NCBI RefSeq assembly: GCF_006345805.1
Contig: NC_042997.1
Coordinates: 119,722,001 to 119,786,000, forward strand
Source of the DNA: Octopus sinensis
Taxonomy: Eukaryota
Length of the DNA stretch: 64,000 bases
Direction: 5' to 3'
A program made the translations under genes and the position numbers. This document shows positions 50,440 to 63,100 of the stretch, one piece after another. Position 1 is the stretch's first letter; the number at the start of each line of letters is the position of its first letter. The notes beneath the pieces were generated by a model. The model saw only the letters and a list, made by a program, of their open reading frames with translations, searched no databases and was not told where the DNA came from.

Positions 50440-51892
50440 TGTGGGCAGATTAGAAGTAATTTTATACACCGAATACTCAATTTCAATCAGAAAGTCCATT
50501 GACACGTCGAAGCATATATGCTCACAAACCCCCAACTATTTTAGTTTGTTTATATACGTTTTGCCAACAGTCAGGAACAGCTGAAACATTTCAATGAATT
50601 TTTGTCGCTACGGTAGTAATGCATTCCTGAATTACTTCGCGTAACGCTTAGTCCTATAATGTGAAATTTACCACCATTGTTTTTTTTTTATATATTATAA
50701 GGTGATAATACGTTTTGATGAAATATCTGAAAACAACTCCAGCATCGACAAATGAGCAACACGAACACTATTATGCTACAGTGACAATTTCTAACTAAAG
50801 TATGCTCACCACTTTGTGAGAGTTGGTTGTGATAGAATGAGTGATAATGGCGGAATAAAGGACACTATCGGCATATACTTTGTGTTATCTAATTTCCTTT
50901 TAATGTTCATTGTTTCTCGGAGCAGATTTGTCTTGCAAATCTTGGATGCAGATACTCCAAAACAATACGTATCTCCATGTCTCATCAGCTTGTTGAAAGA
51001 AAAAAAACCGTCCAACTAACTAGACACAGCAATTAAGACAAAAGTGACATTAAGGAAAATATAAAGGAAACATTCTTCTTATCTTTTCCAATTCTTCTGA
51101 AAATGTAGGGTTAACATGGATTCCCAAACTCTGATCACCAGTAACAGGGCCAATTCATATTTTAATGGGTTATTTAATTCTGAAATTTTAAACCTTGACA
51201 TTTTCCAGTTTCAATGTTATATTTCTTAACGGAGTAAGTTATTGTAGAATTGCTGTTTTCGCAGATATTCCTCTTTGGATATGTGCTATGATTTCTAAGA
51301 CTGAAGACACCTCTCCAGTTGAAAGGCATCACTTCGATATCCTGTAGTGCATTTGTTCCCATAATACAGAGTAAAACAACGTCGCACGCTGTCCCAAGCC
51401 CGGTCATATGACAACAAGTTACTAATTAGAATCGACCACAAGAACTGCCTTGTCTGAAAATTGTCTGAAGAACTGAAATTATGTATAATTATTGAATGAT
51501 TTATTTCTATTGTACAAGACATTAGTTTTTCGCTTTGCATTTAAAATATTCATGAATGGGCGTGGTTACTGACTGTTTTTCACTGAGAGTGTGTGTTTAG
51601 GATGTCACAATTTCCATATCTCTCTCGTAAAATTTGCTTTTGAAATTATTCATTTTAATGTCGACTACAAAAAATATCTGCATGAACCTAGTTTTTCTTT
51701 GTAGGTAACACCGTTATTAGTACCGTTACACATTGATGTAGCTTTGCAAAAGCCTGTCGAAAAAAAATGCAACATAATGTTATCACGATGAGTTACTGAA
51801 GTGGATACAAATGCGTGGCTTAAAATCATTACTAGCATCGCAGTAAGCACAAAATGAAGGTGGAGAAGATTCATAATAGCATGGCTACCCAT
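50440..51892 (-). pseudogene. Probable decayed intronless Methuselah/adhesion (secretin-class) GPCR pseudogene
   Basis: Signal-peptide-like start MGSHAIMNLLHLHFVLTAMLVMILSHA, Cys-rich N-domain remnants (FCKATSMC, ERYGNCD), then IVSFIPPLSLIL, GGKFHIIGLSVT and ICFDVSMDF (TM3-end-like) across stops and frameshifts. Confidence 0.4.
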
Positions 51893-52085
51893 CGTTTCTT
51901 TCAAATAACAGATCTGTTTCTGTAACTATATTACGTTTAAGACGCGATACACTACTTGGTAAATGTATCTTCATGTTCGCATTACACATGCAAACAAGTA
52001 AACAATCGCAAGAATGCACACAGACTAAGCCGCCACCCACACTCACACACAGAAAAACACACATAAACAAGTCACAAACATACGT

Positions 52086-52125
<40 letters not shown>

Positions 52126-52127
<2 letters not shown>

Positions 52128-52351
52128 TTTTACTCTTTTACTTGTTTCAGTCATTTGACTGTGGCCATGCTGGAGCACCACCTTTTAGTCGAGCAAATCA
52201 ACCTCAGGACTTATTCTTTGTAAGCCTAGTACTTATTCTATCGTTCTCTTTTGTCGAACCGCTACGTTACGGGGACGTAAACACACCAGCATCGATTGTC
52301 AACCGATGTTGGGGAAGGGAACAAACACAGACACAGAAACATACACACACA

Positions 52352-52403
<52 letters not shown>

Positions 52404-52802
52404 GTATTATTTGTGACCTTCGTGGGAGAAATTCTGGAGGGAGATACGAATTCACTTGTCTATATAAATATGGATATGCTGGTCAGCTTCTATATGTCCG
52501 ATGTCGCCTGTTCGGACTATGGTGGGAAGATTTCCTAGCATTTTCAGTTTTATTTATCGGAATATTATGTTGTTGAAGGAAATGAATCTCTGATTTTAAT
52601 CCAGAAACGTATGCGTCCATACTTGACCGGACACAGTTTGACTTCGTTGTTTTTCTTCGTTTTTTTTGCCATAGTGAGTTACAAATACTGTTGTCTGTGG
52701 GACATATTTTTGTAGTAAAAGAAATAACAGTCGTCTGGCTGCTATTTCTAATAATTTCGGTATGTGGTCTAGCAACCTGTTGCAAAAACCCTCATTGTTA
52801 TA

Positions 52803-52848
<46 letters not shown>

Positions 52849-53012
52849 TACAATAGTCTTTTTCAGTTTCCGTCTACCAAATCTAATCACAAGCTTTGGG
52901 TCGGCCCGAGGCTATAGCAGAAGACACTTGCCCAAGGTACCACGCAATGGGACTTAAACCGGAACCATGTGCTTCGTAAGCAAGCTACTTACCCCACAGC
53001 TACTCCTACGCC
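52126..53012 (-). mobile_element. Full-length SINE family A split by an insertion in its internal microsatellite
   Basis: 3' half 52126-52330, 5' half 52850-53012, foreign 52403-52808 between (TA)n runs. Confidence 0.85.
52403..52808 (+). mobile_element. (TA)n-inserted cassette with a decayed hammerhead (52566-52621)
   Basis: TATG-TTGTTGA-AGGA..TCCA-GAAA-CGTATGCG-TC-CATA. Stems and GUC site retained, two core substitutions. Confidence 0.6.
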
Positions 53013-53522
53013 CGTGATGGTAAGTTCAACAAAATAGCATTCCCCATCTGGTGATAGATAAATATTATTTACTAAACGTACCATATATTTTCATGAGCTA
53101 CTAATAGTTTAATGCAATATATAAAAAAAACGACAGCATACTATAACACAACTGGACGATAGGATGAGAGAAAATACGAGAAAAGGCGAGAAAGAAGTTG
53201 ATGTCAAAGGTGGAAGGTTGAAAAACCGGAAACCGAATTAGTAAAGACACACAAACACACACACACATTTATACACATATACACATATACACAATATGTA
53301 GATAAAGAAAAAGTTTATCGGTAAGCGCACACAATGCCTTTATCTCTATGACACCTGGATTTTAGAAATCGGAAGACTACAGTGCAAGAAACGTAGATAG
53401 ATTAAAGCTCAGATTGAGTACTGCAATGGAAATGGCCTATCTTTCTGACTTCTCAGGATTTTAATGTAATTACACACGTGTTGTTGGTGATATTTGTCCT
53501 TTTCCTAACTAATCCGTTTTCC

Positions 53523-53555
53523 TTTCTGACTAAGAGCAATGCTCAAAACGTTAAA
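53523..53555 (+). ncRNA. Decayed minimal hammerhead motif
   Basis: TTT-CTGACTA-A-GAGC-AAT-GCTC-AAAA-CG-TT-AAA. Confidence 0.45.
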
Positions 53556-54256
53556 AACTTTGTCTTTTTACCGAACGTCAAACTACTACGTTTCATATGC
53601 ACACCAAACTGTTGATTGTTTTTTTCTATTTTTAAGCGTTCGATTTCTCTACATGAATGTATACATTCAAATGTTTATATATGTAGATACATAAGAGATA
53701 GTTGTGTCCTTCAGACACAAAGGTGTCAGGTAATGCTGAATAAGTGCTATAAACAGACCATAGTTATGTTCCAGATTCGGTAATATTACGAATAAAGGGT
53801 TCAACGTTGGTTCTATGTCAGCGTGTGTATATAAGAATTTTTTGCGTAATAAGATAAAAGACCAAGGCTGTGTAGGTATTTGAGCATTTATAGATAGCAT
53901 GTATAAATGCTCTATAATGCTTTATATGCATCTATAAATGCTCTATCTACACAGCCTTGGTCTTTTATCTTATAACGCAAAACATTCTTTTATATATATA
54001 TATAACACCCGGGTGTCCCCTTGTTCTTTTAAATGGCGGTACCCCAGCATGGCCACAGCTCATGAGCTGGAACTGGAAAAATCAAAAAAATATGTTTGTG
54101 TGTGTGTGTGTGTTTGTGTGTGTGTGTCTGTGTGTCTGTGTGTGTGTCTGTATGTATGTATGTGCGTATATATATGTATGTATGTATACACTCATGTGTT
54201 TTTATATATAAATTGACAGTATAAAAAAAAGTCTAAGGCTGTGAATAGTATGAATA

Positions 54257-54305
54257 GTCTCACAGCTGTTTTCGGGATATTTAAATATATCCCTTCACCA
54301 GAGAC
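54257..54305 (-). ncRNA. Inactivated copy of the 48890 hammerhead
   Basis: GTCT-CTGGTGA-AGGGATAT..ATATCCC-GAAAA-CAGCTG-TG-AGAC. Core A>G change and a GUG triplet. Confidence 0.6.
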
Positions 54306-55218
54306 GGTGCGAGAAAATGTTTAAGTCATAATTTTTGTAGAGCAGATAATAAATAGAGAAGGAAGTGAAGGAATGAACATAGAAGTGAGATGCATACGGA
54401 TATTGTATATATTCTATATATTGCATATATGCATGCATAAAGGGAGAGAGAAAGACAAAGAGAGAGAGAGAGAGAAATAAAGAGAATGTTTTACATGTAT
54501 GTGCGTAAAAATTTATACAAAGAAGGAATCACGCGTGTGTATATACATGCTGGTGCGTATATATAATGGAACATAAAAAGTTATAGTAGTCAGAACACTT
54601 TGAAATGATAAAAATTATTGAAAATCTATAATAGATGTGAACTACAATGTAAAACTTACTACACGGACAAGTGCACTAAAGAAATAAGAAAATTGTGTAC
54701 TGAATCTCATAGTAGATTTACATAACTCAGAAAAATATATTACTTTTAAAGTTTAACGAAGAAAGGTGAATTTTGAAAGTTTGGTGTGTGAATATTGAAA
54801 ATATTTCACAATTGTTATCAATAGACACAATGTAATCCACTGACAAAGACATGACACAAGAACCATGTGATTTCCTATTTGATAAATAATATAAGGAAGT
54901 TCGGGAGCAAACAATTTTTCAAAAGTATCGATAACAACATCATCATTAACTTATTTATTTCAATGATTCTTGTATAAAACTGCAATAAAAATGACACAGA
55001 AAAATATAAAATTATTCATCCAGACGACAATATTGGCAAATATTAATTTCGACAGATAGAAATATATATTAATGTTGAAAGCAAAATATAATTGATTATT
55101 AAGGAAATATAGGATATTTCTTAATACAATCAATGAAACCAGATTTTACATAATAATAGGTTAATAATAATAATAATAACAACATCAATAATAATAATAA
55201 TAATGATATAATAATAAT

Positions 55219-55250
<32 letters not shown>

Positions 55251-55253
55251 ATG

Positions 55254-55376
<123 letters not shown>

Positions 55377-55394
55377 TACGAAAACTGTTGACAA

Positions 55395-56665
55395 TGCATA
55401 GAATGCAACACCCTAAGGCAGATACAGAATGACTTTATCTGCCAAGGAAAGAGGGAGGCCGTGGACTTTTACAACTGGCAATAACAATTAAGATTGCTAC
55501 AATTGGTCTAGACAGCTACCTGAAAAACTCTGAGGACTGGATCTTAAAACTTGTTTCAAAACATGAAAACAAGAAAGCATCATACTCAGTAACAAAACAG
55601 GCAAAGGAATATCTAAGTGAATTCCGAATACAACAAATTTCGGAATTAGAGATAGACATACAAGAAACAAGCACAGAAAAAGCTAAGCGCATGAAAACCT
55701 GTGCTAAAACTGCGGCCTTGGATATTCTGAATGATAAATGGCAAGAAACACCTCTCTATGGCAAATACCCAAAGAGAGCGAATAATGCAGATGTTGACAA
55801 AGTCCTGACCCATCATTGGCTAATGGTCTATGGCTTAAAATCTGAAACAGAGGAGTTTATCACAGCAGCTCAAGATCAATGCCTACTAACAAGAAACTAC
55901 CAGGCCAACATATTAAAGAACGGCAGTAGCCCAACATGTCGTGTATGTCAACAACAAAATGAAACCATTGATCATGTTGTCTCCAAGTGCAGTCTTCTAG
56001 CGCCTACAGAGTATCTCAACAGGCATGATAGAGCGGCACAATATATTCACTGGGTAATCTGCAACAACCTGGATTTGCCCCATGAAAAAAAATTGGTTGG
56101 AACACAAACCACCCCCAGTGCTTGAAAGTGACAAAATTTCACTCTTCTGGAACTTCCCCATTCAAGCTGACAGAAATATAGATGCAAATAGGCCAGACAT
56201 CATATTGAAAGACTTCAGACAAAGAACATGCCTCCTCATTGATATGACTGTCACAATCGATATAAACGTATCTGTCCAGACCTACCAAAAACTGAGCAAA
56301 TATAAAGATCTTGAAATAGAAATCAGCAAAATGTGGAACCTGAAGACTAAAACAATACCTGTTGTCATAGGTGCCATGGGAATGATAGCAAAAGGGGCTG
56401 ATTGCTACCTAACTCAGATACCAGGAAACCCCAAAATGGCAGAAATTCAAAAGTGCTCATGGGAACTGCTCATATCCTACGCAAAATACTTTCTATGTAA
56501 TCTCAAGGTTTAAAACAAACAATTTTTTTTTAGACATCCACTAGTACAACAAAAAACAACAACCCAAGATATGGCACACTAGGCATAACAACAACGTGAA
56601 CTTGAGGTCTCTGGGTGAGACTTGGAGCTAACTTGTACAAGTATAAAGCAAAAGTCAAACATAGA
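55395..56665 (+). mobile_element. Dong/R4-clade LINE 3' ~1.3 kb inserted in (TAA)n
   Basis: LYLPRKEGGRGL, GLKSETE..AAQDQ, CRVC..ETIDHVVSKC, RHD, RPDI..IDM..KLSKY, IPVVIGAMG. (TAA)n on both sides (55160-55375, 56663-56797). Confidence 0.92.
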
Positions 56666-56673
56666 ATAATAAA

Positions 56674-56756
<83 letters not shown>

Positions 56757-56814
56757 TAATAATAATAATAATAATTATAATAATAATAATAATAATGATA
56801 GAATGCCCCCCCCC

Positions 56815-57234
56815 CCAAGGTAGATACAGAATGACTTTACCAGCCAAGAAAAGTAGGTAGCCGTGGACAGTTACAACTGGAATTAACAATGAAGATTGCT
56901 ACAATTGGCCTGAAAAACCTCTGATGACTGGTTGTGAAATCTTGACTTGAAGTACGAAAATAAGAAATCATCATACTCAGTAATAAAACATATAATAAAA
57001 TATATAAATGAATTCCAAATACAACAAATCTCAGAATTAAACGTGCTCGAAATAAGCATAGAAAAAAGCAAAGCGTGTGCAGACGTGTGTAAAAAGTGCT
57101 GTTTTAGATATTATTACTGATAAATAAGAGCACCCTCCACTTGGCAAATACTCTACGAGAGCTAATAATTCCGATGTTGACAAAGCCCTTATCCATCAAT
57201 GGTTAGGGGTCTCTAACACAATTTAAGAAAAACC

Positions 57235-57293
<59 letters not shown>

Positions 57294-57900
57294 CAGAGGA
57301 AGAAAATTTGGCAGGACAATTAAATATAGAGTCAGTTCTTAAAGAATAAAGATGAGATTCGTTGGAATAGAATGACTGCAGAAAGTGAGTGTTGTAAGCT
57401 CGCATAACGCGAATACAAACGGAGGCGCGATAATGTACCCAGATATGTCCACTAGCTGTTGTGCACCAATGTAAACCTTGAGAGAGCTGAACAACGATAT
57501 GAACACAAGCCAGAGGGATTCAGGGAAAACGAAGATTAAAAAATACATGAAATGCGACCAAGTCATAGACTCAAGACGACCAAATATCGTGCCCACCCAC
57601 AGATTTGAAAAATAAGCAAAGATAAAAGATGCTGCAATACCAGGCGTTCCGAGGATGAAATGTAAGGAAAAAGAAAGGATTGAGAAATACCAGCCACTAC
57701 GGGGCGAGATAGGAAAGTTGTAGGGCATGAGAATAATAGTGGTGATAACAGTGGTAATTGAATCGTTAGCTGCAACTTCCAGGGGCTTTTAAAAACATAT
57801 TAAAGAATACTGGAGCTGCAAAATGGTTCGAGGTGTTCCAGAAAAAAGTATTGTTGGGTGCAGCTCGCATTCTAAAGGAGTGTATTGCCTCTTTGTGTCA
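56815..57900 (+). mobile_element. Two further decayed Dong/R4 fragments separated by (GA)n
   Basis: 56815-57215 parallels 55412-55835. 57330-57900 gives RRDNV..VH, RRPNIV, IEKYQPL..EI, QKKVLLGAARIL. Confidence 0.75.
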
Positions 57901-58021
57901 CAGCAGAAGGCACTACTTGAAACCTTTGTTGATTTGTTGTTGCCGACATCCAAGTAAAGAACAACTGGTAATTTTTAAAAACCAGCTGCAGTTAGTAGTC
58001 GCAGCAGCAGCAGCAGCAGTG

Positions 58022-58087
<66 letters not shown>

Positions 58088-58711
58088 GTGCAACTCCATT
58101 GTTATGGTATATAAATATATGTTATAATCGCTTTCAGAATGATTCCTATCGAACAACTTTTCGGAATCACGAACTTTCTATATTCTACAGAACAGTCTCT
58201 TTGTTCTTCATATTTGTTCCTCATTTCTATCGAAAATTTTCCAGACGACTCCTGCTGCACCAAACGCACATTTTTATTTATGTGGAAAGAAGCATAGGCG
58301 GAGGAATAATAGATAGCCCTTAAATCCTCCCTGTGTTGTAAAATGTTATTGCACTAAGTAATATCTCTACAATTTGTCGATTAATATGTATTACGCATAG
58401 GTGAGATTTTGAAGAGCTTTCACCAAAGCATCAAATACAAAGTACAAATATCGAATGCCATTCGATATATCGGCAGGATTAGAACTATTTCTTTGACTCC
58501 TTATTGAAAATCGAATATATTACCCGAAATCATGTCCTGGAGATCAAAAACACACCATATTTCTAGAATTATTTCAGATGCTGTATTAAATTTATTCGTT
58601 GATTTCTATAGCATGATTATTTCCAGAGTTATTTTAACTTTGCAGTAAAATTTATTTTAATTTGCCGTAAAATTTGTATATTTATGTAAGCATGTATTTA
58701 TGTATGTATTT

Positions 58712-58873
58712 ACAATAGGGTTCTTTCAGGTTCTGTCTATCAAATCCAATCACAACTCTTTGGTCGGCCCGAGGCTATAGTAGAAGACACTTGCCGAAGG
58801 TGCTACGCAGTGGGACTGAGCCCGGAATCATGTGTTTGGTAAGCAAGCTAATTACCACACAACCACTCCTGTG

Positions 58874-58875
<2 letters not shown>
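58712..58875 (-). mobile_element. SINE family A, 5' half
   Basis: Matches 52850-53012. Confidence 0.8.
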
Positions 58876-58926
<51 letters not shown>

Positions 58927-58931
<5 letters not shown>

Positions 58932-59200
58932 GAAATGAAGAAAATGCTGACAAAATAATTTAAGTTAGGGAGATAGAGTTCCTTTCTGATAGATTTTTTT
59001 CTCTTATTTGAGAAAAAAATCTATCAGAAAGGAACTCTATCTCTCTTTAAAAAATATCTTTTGATAAGCATAACAAATGCGCAACCGGTAAAAAGAACTT
59101 TCACCTAACTAAATACACTCTACCTTACTTAAATTATTTTGTCAGCATTTTCTTCATTTCCTTTTTTTATATATCACAACTCGTGTTCCACATCTCCTTT
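58927..59200 (+). repeat. Nested foldback cassette between (TA)n tracts with a decayed minimal hammerhead (59057-59096)
   Basis: Outer arms 58927-58965/59127-59165, inner hairpin 58970-59043. TCTTT-TGATAA-GCAT-AACAA-ATGC-GCAA-CCGG-TA-AAAAGA. Confidence 0.7.
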
Positions 59201-59269
59201 TTTAAATATATATATATATATATATATATATTGATCAAAATAAAATAAAAACATGATGCGAAGGATTCA

Positions 59270-59347
59270 GCGGTACATATGTTTCGGGCCTTTATTAGAC
59301 AGATTTATAACAATGCATAATGTATGTCTGTGGCCTTCTTCAGCCGC
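59270..59347 (-). ncRNA. Type I hammerhead ribozyme (left arm)
   Basis: Reverse complement of 60296-60373. Confidence 0.8.
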
Positions 59348-60295
59348 GCACAACAGCTTCCACAAGGACATGTGTTACATCAAAAATTCTTGGTTGGGGA
59401 TGCAAATCCTCTCATTCACGTACGACACAATGCGGCAGCAGCATAGAATTGAAGCGTCCATCTCTTTCTTCTCTCAATGTAGAATGAGGAAAATTGGATG
59501 TTGAGGTAATGTAAATAAATAAATACATATATAGAGGTGAAGATGGAGGGGCGAGAGTTCGGGACGAGGGATAAAAAATGTATAAAAAGTGTAAGTATAG
59601 AATAATATAAAAATGTAGAGGATAAGATATAAAGAATTGTAAGGAGATGTAAAGGGGGTATAAAGAAATATAAAGAAATATAAATAAATGTAAAGGCATA
59701 AGGTTATAAAGTAAAAATAGAAATAGAAATAAAAGTAAAAAAACCTGATAAAACCATGATAAAAGTGTAAAAGAATGTAAAGATAAGGGATGTATAGAGG
59801 TTACGGACCAAGCATGGTGGTCAGGACATGCTTGGTCCGTAACCTCTATACATCCCTTATCTTTACATTCTTTTACACTTTTATCATGGTTTTATCAGGT
59901 TTTTTACTTTTATTTCTATTTCTATTTTTACTTTATAACCTTATGCCTTTACATTTATTTATATTTCTTTATATTTCTTTATACCCCCTTTACATCTCCT
60001 TACAACTCTTTATATCTTTATCCTCTACATTTTTATATTATTCTATACTTACACTTTTTATACATTTTTTATCCCTCGTCCCGAACTCTCGCCCCTCCAT
60101 CTTCACCTCTATATATGTATTTATTTATTTACATTACCTCAACATCCAATTTTCCTCATTCTACATTGAGAGAAGAAAGAGATGGACGCTTCAATTCTAT
60201 GCTGCTGCCGCATTGTGTCGTACGTGAATGAGAGGATTTGCATCCCCAACCAAGAATTTTTGATGTAACACATGTCCTTGTGGAAGCTGTTGTGC

Positions 60296-60373
60296 GCGGC
60301 TGAAGAAGGCCACAGACATACATTATGCATTGTTATAAATCTGTCTAATAAAGGCCCGAAACATATGTACCGC
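60296..60373 (+). ncRNA. Type I hammerhead ribozyme (right arm)
   Basis: GCGG-CUGAAGA-AGGCCACAGA...UCUGU..GGCCC-GAAA-CAUAUG-UA-CCGC. Confidence 0.8.
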
Positions 60374-60480
60374 TGAATCCTTCGCATCATGTTTTTATTT
60401 TATTTTGATCAATTTACTCCACCACCTACACCACCAAACGGTATACACAGGTGCTTATAATTATCAAGTACTCACCCCGA

Positions 60481-60560
<80 letters not shown>

Positions 60561-60564
60561 TATA

Positions 60565-60596
<32 letters not shown>

Positions 60597-60597
60597 T

Positions 60598-60820
60598 ACG
60601 GAGATGTACTTGCATAGCGAGTGACTTTATCTGAGATCGTGAGCAGGAACGAAAACAATTGCAGCGTGGAAGGTGTTCACTGACAAAACTTCGTGCAGCA
60701 CGAAGTTTTGTCAGTAAACAGGGGATATTTTGACAAATTAAATTTAAATGCTGAAGTGAATCTAACAGTTTTTGTGTGTTTCTTCAATGGGTTATAAACA
60801 CCTTCCACGCTGCAATTGTA
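60598..60820. repeat. Small (TA)n-flanked foldback cassette
   Basis: Arms 60655-60677/60797-60819 plus an 18-bp hairpin ACTGACAAAACTTCGTGC-A-GCACGAAGTTTTGTCAGT. Confidence 0.75.
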
Positions 60821-60840
60821 TATATATATATATGTATGTA

Positions 60841-60876
<36 letters not shown>

Positions 60877-61672
60877 AACATATACATATACATATTGATA
60901 GATAGGAAGAGAGAAAGGGGACAGAGAGAAGGGAGACAGATACAAACTGACAGTGATGACAACTGAGACAGAGAAATTGAGAGGTTGAGAGAGTGATAGA
61001 TAGATACATATAAGTATAGTTATATAGACATAGATATAGATATATATTATCATTATTATATTTGCGGCTGTAATGGAAGATGCTAATACCTTCAAATATT
61101 TGTTACGGCAAGTGATATTCAATTGAATATCGAAATGATCGAATGATTCGTAAATATGTAGATTTACCTGCAGGGTTTCATTCATTTCTTAATTTTTGTC
61201 AAAAACGTATTCAATATGGAGTAAGGTAGCAAAGAATAAATTGCACATTTTGAAATGAATAAGCAATTAAGCTAAAGGGCTTTTGACATTTCAATGAGGG
61301 TATTTTATTCAACTGTGAAGAGAATTGAATAAAACGTAATTCAAAATCAATATAAATGGAAAGTATATAAGGTATGATAGTCACAACTGACGTTTTTCAT
61401 GTCCCGATATTAAAATTGATGTGCAGCTTTGTGAATGATTACGTACTGTATCATAAATATTGGCTAAGCTTAACAAAACTTTATCTTTATTTTCCCAGTA
61501 TATCAATATATTACTGTCATTTTAGAGTTGCAGTTCTTGCTATTCATACACTGTTATCATATACAAATGGACTTCATTAAAATATACGCTTATATCTAGA
61601 ATTTATTTTTCTTTCTTATTGGGTAAGTCAACAAATTCAATATTGTCAATTATAACATAGATATAATTATAA

Positions 61673-61991
61673 TCTCTTATTATAAAAGGCAGATTTTATC
61701 TGCCTCCCTTTGTCTCTTATAGAAATCTACAATATAGGATTTCTTGAATTACAATTTACCTAGCATTTTTAAGAGTAGAATGCATCGGGCCGTGCCAGGT
61801 CCAGTTTTTAAAATTTCAACCCCAATTAAGCAAAATTTAGAGAAAACTCACATTGTGGTGTGTGAGTCAAGTGCTTTTCTTAGTGTGGGCTATAGCACAC
61901 GCACACACACACAAAAAGGGAGCGATCTGATTCACTCACTCTAATTTCTACGACTTTCTCTTTGCAAGTTTGCAACGATTAAAGTGAAACT
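61673..61991 (+). mobile_element. Helitron-like repeat family, copy 2 (may extend further right)
   Basis: Homologous to 34099-34369. Confidence 0.6.
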
Positions 61992-62701
61992 ATTTCGATA
62001 AAACGAGAGAAGTGTACCTTAAACCACTACTAAAAAAACACAGCAAACAGAAACAAATAAATACATAACGATTTACTCCTCACACAATGTCTTCAATTAG
62101 AGTTTACCCATGATTTTTCAAAGTACTTCCATTGGGTCATGCCATACAAAATTTCTTTCAATTTTACCCCCAATTAAGACAAAATTCGAGAAAACTCAAT
62201 ATTTTAACATTTCACTCCGAAAGCATTGATGTACATGTGTGCGTGCGTGAGTGTGTGTGTGTCATTCCTCACACACACGCATACACATATATATATGACA
62301 GTGACAAACATAAACTTTTCAAACAACTACATACAAACACGTGTGTGTTTGTTATTAGTAAAAAAGACGCCAAAACACAACTCACTTCTCATTCCAACAC
62401 ATTTGCAAAGACACACGGACGGTCGAATTGCTATAACAATACAGAAAAAGTAAATTGGTTTTTATTTTACTTTCTGTCGTTAAATTTTGGTAGTATTAAT
62501 TGGCGAGCCGAGCTTGCAGTATGAAACAGTGTTTATGTATAAACAGCCGACACTTATATATAGTTATTAATAAATGTATGCATCCGTTTAAAAGAAAAAC
62601 CAAAAAATATTCTATTCTTTATAAATGTTGTGTTCAAAATAACATTTTCTTTTAAGAATGTGTATATAACAAAGTATGTGTATATAACTACGTGGCTTAT
62701 A

Positions 62702-63100
62702 TCTTTATATATAAAAGTGAAGTTGTGTGTCTGTCTCCTACGATTTAGATTCCTAACTACTCCCACATTTTGCGGTGCAGTGTAACCAAAACCGGGTATC
62801 TTATAGTCGTGATTCATATCGAGCCCTTCTGGGTATTAGCGTGCGTCTACGATGAGTCTACGATTTAAAAAAAAAATTACCATGATATTTTTCCATTTTA
62901 ATGCATTGTTTTCGCTATTATATAAGGGAAGTAACTCTCTAAAAATATCTACGATGTGTCAGCGATTTAAAAGAAAAATTTACCTTAATTTCTTTTCCAT
63001 TTTAATGCATTTTTTTGCTATTTTTTGGCTATAACTCTCTAAAAATGCTTATATAGTTATTTCCCTTACAAACCCGAGCAACGCCGGGCGATACTGCTAG
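62702..63100 (+). mobile_element. Non-autonomous Helitron, complete (shorter variant)
   Basis: A|TC...CCCGAGCAACGCCGGG...CTAG|T. Confidence 0.9.

Larger units (their letters stand above)
59230..60487. repeat. ~587-bp near-perfect inverted repeat (59230-59816 / 59827-60413) of an HHR cassette, both ends in (TA)n
   Basis: 10-bp spacer GTGGTCAGGA. Arms differ by only a few nt. The right arm continues about 75 bp to the family 3' end. Confidence 0.95.

Noticed and set aside
55691-56513. Host zinc-finger or nuclease genes
   Set aside because: Frameshifted CCHC and RLE domains of a Dong/R4 LINE.
59253-60390. Two identical 83-aa ORFs suggesting duplicated genes
   Set aside because: They are a by-product of the inverted repeat and run antisense to the ribozyme.
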